Shown here one piece after another: positions 60,985 to 64,000 of a stretch of 64,000 nt of DNA (positions are counted from its first letter, which is position 1; every line of letters starts with the position of its first letter). The notes under the pieces were generated by a model. It was given only the letters and a program-made list of their open reading frames with translations. It did no database searches and was not told the DNA's origin. The position numbers and the translations under genes are program-made. Origin of the DNA: an uncultured Acinetobacter sp. (lineage in GTDB: Bacteria; Pseudomonadota; Gammaproteobacteria; Pseudomonadales; Moraxellaceae); contig CAZOGM010000004.1 in the NCBI GenBank assembly GCA_964579445.1, forward strand, positions 15,079-79,078, read 5' to 3'.

Positions 60985-61119
60985 CAGAGCTCATAAAACA
61001 GATGTGAATGTTTCACATCTTTTGATGTAATTGATGTTTCAAATTTTGAAGCCATTTAAAGCTCAATAAATTGCACGATCGAGAATATGAATCCCCGCCC
61101 ATATTTGTGAAACCAGAAC

Positions 61120-61166
61120 AGCCTAGGCCTGATTTGATGAATTAATCATTAAGCGCCTAGGCTTTT
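61120..61166 (+). terminator. Inverted repeat with U-tract upstream of the gltX promoter
   Basis: AGCCTAGGC...GCCTAGGCT-TTTT with a long loop; TATAAT at about 61171-61176 immediately follows. Confidence 0.5.
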
Positions 61167-61207
61167 TCGTTATAATAGTCTTAATGTATATTTGAATTAT
61201 TTCGACT

Positions 61208-62716
61208 ATGACCGTTCGTACGCGTATTGCACCTTCTCCGACTGGATTCCCGCATGTAGGCACCGCTTATATCGCTTTATTTAACTTATGTTTTGCGAAG
61301 CAACACGGTGGTGAATTTATTCTTCGTATTGAAGATACAGATCAACTTCGCTCAACGCCTGAGTCTGAAAAAATGATCTTGGATTCATTACGTTGGTTAG
61401 GTCTAAATTGGTCTGAAGGTCCAGATGTTGGCGGTCCTCATGCACCCTATCGTCAATCTGAGCGTATGGGCATTTATAAGCAATATGCGCTTGAACTGGT
61501 TGAGAAAGGTCATGCTTTCTACTGCTTTGCCACCCCTGAAGAACTCGATCAAATGCGTGCTGAACAGCAAGCACGTGGTGAATCACCTCGCTATGATGGT
61601 CGTGGATTACTTTTATCAGAAGATGAAGTCAAAAGTCGTCTTGCTGCGGGTGAAGCACACGTGATTCGCATGAAAATTCCCACTGAAGGTATCTGTACAT
61701 TTGAAGATATGCTTCGTGGTGAAGTTGAAATTCCGTGGGCACAAGTCGACATGCAAATTCTATTAAAAACAGATGGTCTACCAACTTATCATTTGGCAAA
61801 TGTCGTCGATGATCACTTAATGGAAATCACTCACGTAATCCGTGGTGAAGAGTGGATTCCATCTGCACCGAAACATCAGTTGTTATATCAGTATTTTGGT
61901 TGGGATATGCCTGTGCTTTGTCACATGCCACTCCTACGTAACCCAGATAAATCAAAACTGTCTAAACGTAAAAACCCAACGTCTATCAATTACTATAAAG
62001 ATATCGGTGTACTTCCAGAGGCTTTGTTGAACTACCTTGGACGTATGGGATGGTCTATGCCAGACGAAAGTGAAAAATTCACTTTAGCTGCGATGATTGA
62101 AAACTTTGACATCAAACGCGTTTCACTTGGTGGTCCAATTTTTGATGTTGAAAAACTCAACTGGCTCAATGGTCAATGGATTAAAGCACTCTCTCCAAGT
62201 GATTTGCTTGATACACTGCTCAATTGGAAAGCTGATCGTAAAATGCTTGAAGAGATTGCCGCAGCAATTCAACCGCGTATTAACTTATTGTCTGAAGCGG
62301 TCAACTGGGCAGGTTTTTACTTCAACCAATTTCCACAACTGTCTAAAGAACAATTTGAAAGTAAGAAATTGACCGAAGAGCAAGTTCGTCAAAGTCTTCA
62401 ATTTGCGATTTGGCGTTTAGAAAGCTTGTTTACGTGGAATCAAGACACGGTTAGCCAAACTCTCATGGATTTGGCAAATCAAATGGAAATTAAACTCCGC
62501 GACTTCATGCCTGCGTTCTTTATTGCCATTGCAGGTTCTACCTCATCGACGCCTGTTATGCAGTCCATGGTAACAATTGGTCCGGATTTGACTTTCGCTC
62601 GTTTACGTCATGCACTTGAAATTGTCGGTGGTCCGAGCAAAAAAGAAGCGAAAGTTTGGGAAAAACTCAATGAAAGTTTAAAACTGCCGAAAAATGAGTC
62701 AGTTGATAACGCATAA
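61208..62716 (+). CDS. gltX: Glutamate--tRNA ligase
   Basis: [12 protein letters not shown] (HIGH variant), LRIEDTD and KLSKR. Confidence 0.98.
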   Translation: MTVRTRIAPSPTGFPHVGTAYIALFNLCFAKQHGGEFILRIEDTDQLRSTPESEKMILDSLRWLGLNWSEGPDVGGPHAPYRQSERMGIYKQYALELVEKGHAFYCFATPEELDQMRAEQQARGESPRYDGRGLLLSEDEVKSRLAAGEAHVIRMKIPTEGICTFEDMLRGEVEIPWAQVDMQILLKTDGLPTYHLANVVDDHLMEITHVIRGEEWIPSAPKHQLLYQYFGWDMPVLCHMPLLRNPDKSKLSKRKNPTSINYYKDIGVLPEALLNYLGRMGWSMPDESEKFTLAAMIENFDIKRVSLGGPIFDVEKLNWLNGQWIKALSPSDLLDTLLNWKADRKMLEEIAAAIQPRINLLSEAVNWAGFYFNQFPQLSKEQFESKKLTEEQVRQSLQFAIWRLESLFTWNQDTVSQTLMDLANQMEIKLRDFMPAFFIAIAGSTSSTPVMQSMVTIGPDLTFARLRHALEIVGGPSKKEAKVWEKLNESLKLPKNESVDNA

Positions 62717-62728
62717 TTGAATTTAGTG

Positions 62729-62757
62729 TTGACGTATGGTCGCTATGCCCCTAATAT
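62729..62757 (+). promoter_or_regulatory. sigma70 promoter of tRNA-Glu
   Basis: TTGACG-N17-TAATAT followed by a GC-containing discriminator. Confidence 0.75.
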
Positions 62758-62829
62758 AGCGACCACACAGACTGAGTGAATAACTTGGTTGGTTGAGCTT
62801 TCAAAGCCTACCTGTGTTGCCTCGATATT

Positions 62830-62905
62830 GTCCCTATCGTCTAGAGGCCTAGGACATCGCCCTTTCACGGCGGTAACCGGGGTTCGAATCCCCGTAGGGA
62901 CGCCA
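62830..62905 (+). tRNA. tRNA-Glu (anticodon UUC)
   Basis: 76-nt cloverleaf GTCCCTA...TAGGGAC-GCCA, anticodon loop CT-TTC-AC, T-arm GGTTCGAATCC, encoded CCA. Confidence 0.98.
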
Positions 62906-62911
62906 AATTCT

Positions 62912-62944
62912 AAAAAAGCCACTGACCTTTCAGTGGCTTTTTTT
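62912..62944 (+). terminator. Intrinsic terminator after tRNA-Glu
   Basis: AAAAAAGCCACTGA-CCTT-TCAGTGGCTTTTTTT. Confidence 0.9.
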
Positions 62945-63009
62945 TATCTCTAAATTTTAGATTTCGTCAGCAATGTTATAGAATCAATCAAAAGAATTGT
63001 GGAGTGAAC

Positions 63010-63351
63010 ATGCAATACCAATGCCCCAAATGTCAAAGTCGTAAAATCATGCCACTCGCAAGTGCAAATGCGCCTGCTGTACGACCAAATGTACCGAAAA
63101 GCCTTATTTTTCTCATTCCAAGCATTTTTTTATTATTGCTTCTGATTGTCAGTAGTTTGGTCATGATGATCTTTGGAGACGGTGCAGGACAAACCTTACA
63201 AATTGCAACGGTGGTGGTTTTTATTGCGTCTTTAATTGCGGGTGTTTTGTTTTGGCGTGATCTTCCAGATTTCAAAATTTCAATGCAAGCTTTTATGCAG
63301 TCACAAAAGAAATGGAAATGTCGCGACTGTAACAATGAGTGGGAAAATTAA
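63010..63351 (+). CDS. Membrane protein with split zinc ribbon (CxxC - hydrophobic hairpin - CxxC)
   Basis: N-terminal CPKC, two hydrophobic helices, C-terminal WKCRDC; SD GGAG favours ATG 63010. Confidence 0.7.
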   Translation: MQYQCPKCQSRKIMPLASANAPAVRPNVPKSLIFLIPSIFLLLLLIVSSLVMMIFGDGAGQTLQIATVVVFIASLIAGVLFWRDLPDFKISMQAFMQSQKKWKCRDCNNEWEN

Positions 63352-63617
63352 TTTTTATCACCGAATGCATATCAATATTTACTAAACACAGCGCTCCCGC
63401 TATCGCTGTGTTTTTCTTTTTTAAACCCTGAGTTTATCTTCCAAACAAAGCAAGCCATACCTCACAATAATATCTACAATATTTTATATTTATTGAATTG
63501 TTTCATATACATAATAAAAGCCTTTAGTTACAAAAAATTGTTTGCAAAATATACATCAAAGCATATAGATTTAAATGATAAGTCTCACTTAATGCACGGA
63601 TTTGCGAGGAGGTCTAT

Positions 63618-63956
63618 ATGTTTACTCATATGCTTAAAAGCTTGAAAAGTAATTCACACGAGTACACCCAAAATAGTGATTATTGTCTAAATACAGACAA
63701 AGCTACTTTGAAAGATGATGGAACATCGGTTCAAGATCATGCGTCACGAAACGTCATGTGGCATCATTTACGTGCGGCTCTACGTGGCGATAAACAGGCT
63801 CAATATGAAATGGGGCTTAGTTATCTCAATGGTGAATGGGGACTCGATCGAAATTATACCCATGCAGAAAAATGGCTCGACCAAGCTGCACTCCAAGGTC
63901 ACAGAGAAGCCAAGATTGAACTTCAAAAAGCGTTGAATAAATTGGCATTTTCCTAG
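63618..63956 (+). CDS. Small Sel1-repeat (SLR) protein
   Basis: GDKQAQYEMGLSYLNGEWGLDRNYTHAEKWLDQAALQGH; strong SD GAGGAGG. Confidence 0.85.
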   Translation: MFTHMLKSLKSNSHEYTQNSDYCLNTDKATLKDDGTSVQDHASRNVMWHHLRAALRGDKQAQYEMGLSYLNGEWGLDRNYTHAEKWLDQAALQGHREAKIELQKALNKLAFS

Positions 63957-64000
63957 TTTTTTTTACAGCGACCAAAGCAAATAAACGCTTTATATCAAAT

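Noticed and set aside
62700-62712. DnaA-box-like GTTGATAAC at the gltX 3' end near the tRNA promoter
   Set aside because: Single site with two mismatches (TTATCAACT), not clustered.
62830-64000. Genomic island or prophage integrated at tRNA-Glu
   Set aside because: No integrase, no duplicated tRNA 3' end within the window, and no obvious compositional shift in the two downstream genes.

Overview
Acinetobacter-like chromosomal window (genus inferred from gene content, gene order and protein motifs; AT-rich; species not determined). It is almost all core genome, and I found no transposase, integrase, prophage or CRISPR array. In order: 5' part of pnp, rpsO, a family-VIII-type serine hydrolase, recD-recB-recC (minus strand), a DUF697-like protein, polyphosphate:AMP phosphotransferase (pap/PPK2), ubiE-ubiJ-ubiB, a flavin monooxygenase, hisIE, a UvrD-like helicase plus a PtuA/COG3950-like ABC ATPase, the six-gene Mrp/Pha antiporter operon, a metal-dependent hydrolase, gltD-gltB, a DamX-like SPOR protein, aroB-aroK, pilQPONM, ponA, rlmA, mraY-murF-murE-ftsI-ftsL-rsmH, two tandem sulfate-binding proteins, gltX, tRNA-Glu(UUC) and two small downstream genes. 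Four signals are not explained by routine annotation. (1) A compact SF1 helicase is followed 27 bp later by a catalytically degenerate Septu/PtuA-type ATPase with no nuclease partner, a defence-like or domesticated module. (2) Five head-to-tail DnaA-box-like 9-mers with an exact 12-bp period sit between recB and recD. (3) Two tandem unannotated sRNA-like units lie between the hydrolase and recD, each with a GacA-type TGTAAG-N6-CGTACA box, GGA motifs, A-rich tracts and a terminator. (4) gltBD has a sigma54 promoter with NtrC-like upstream boxes. All calls come from reading the sequence only; no database searches were run.
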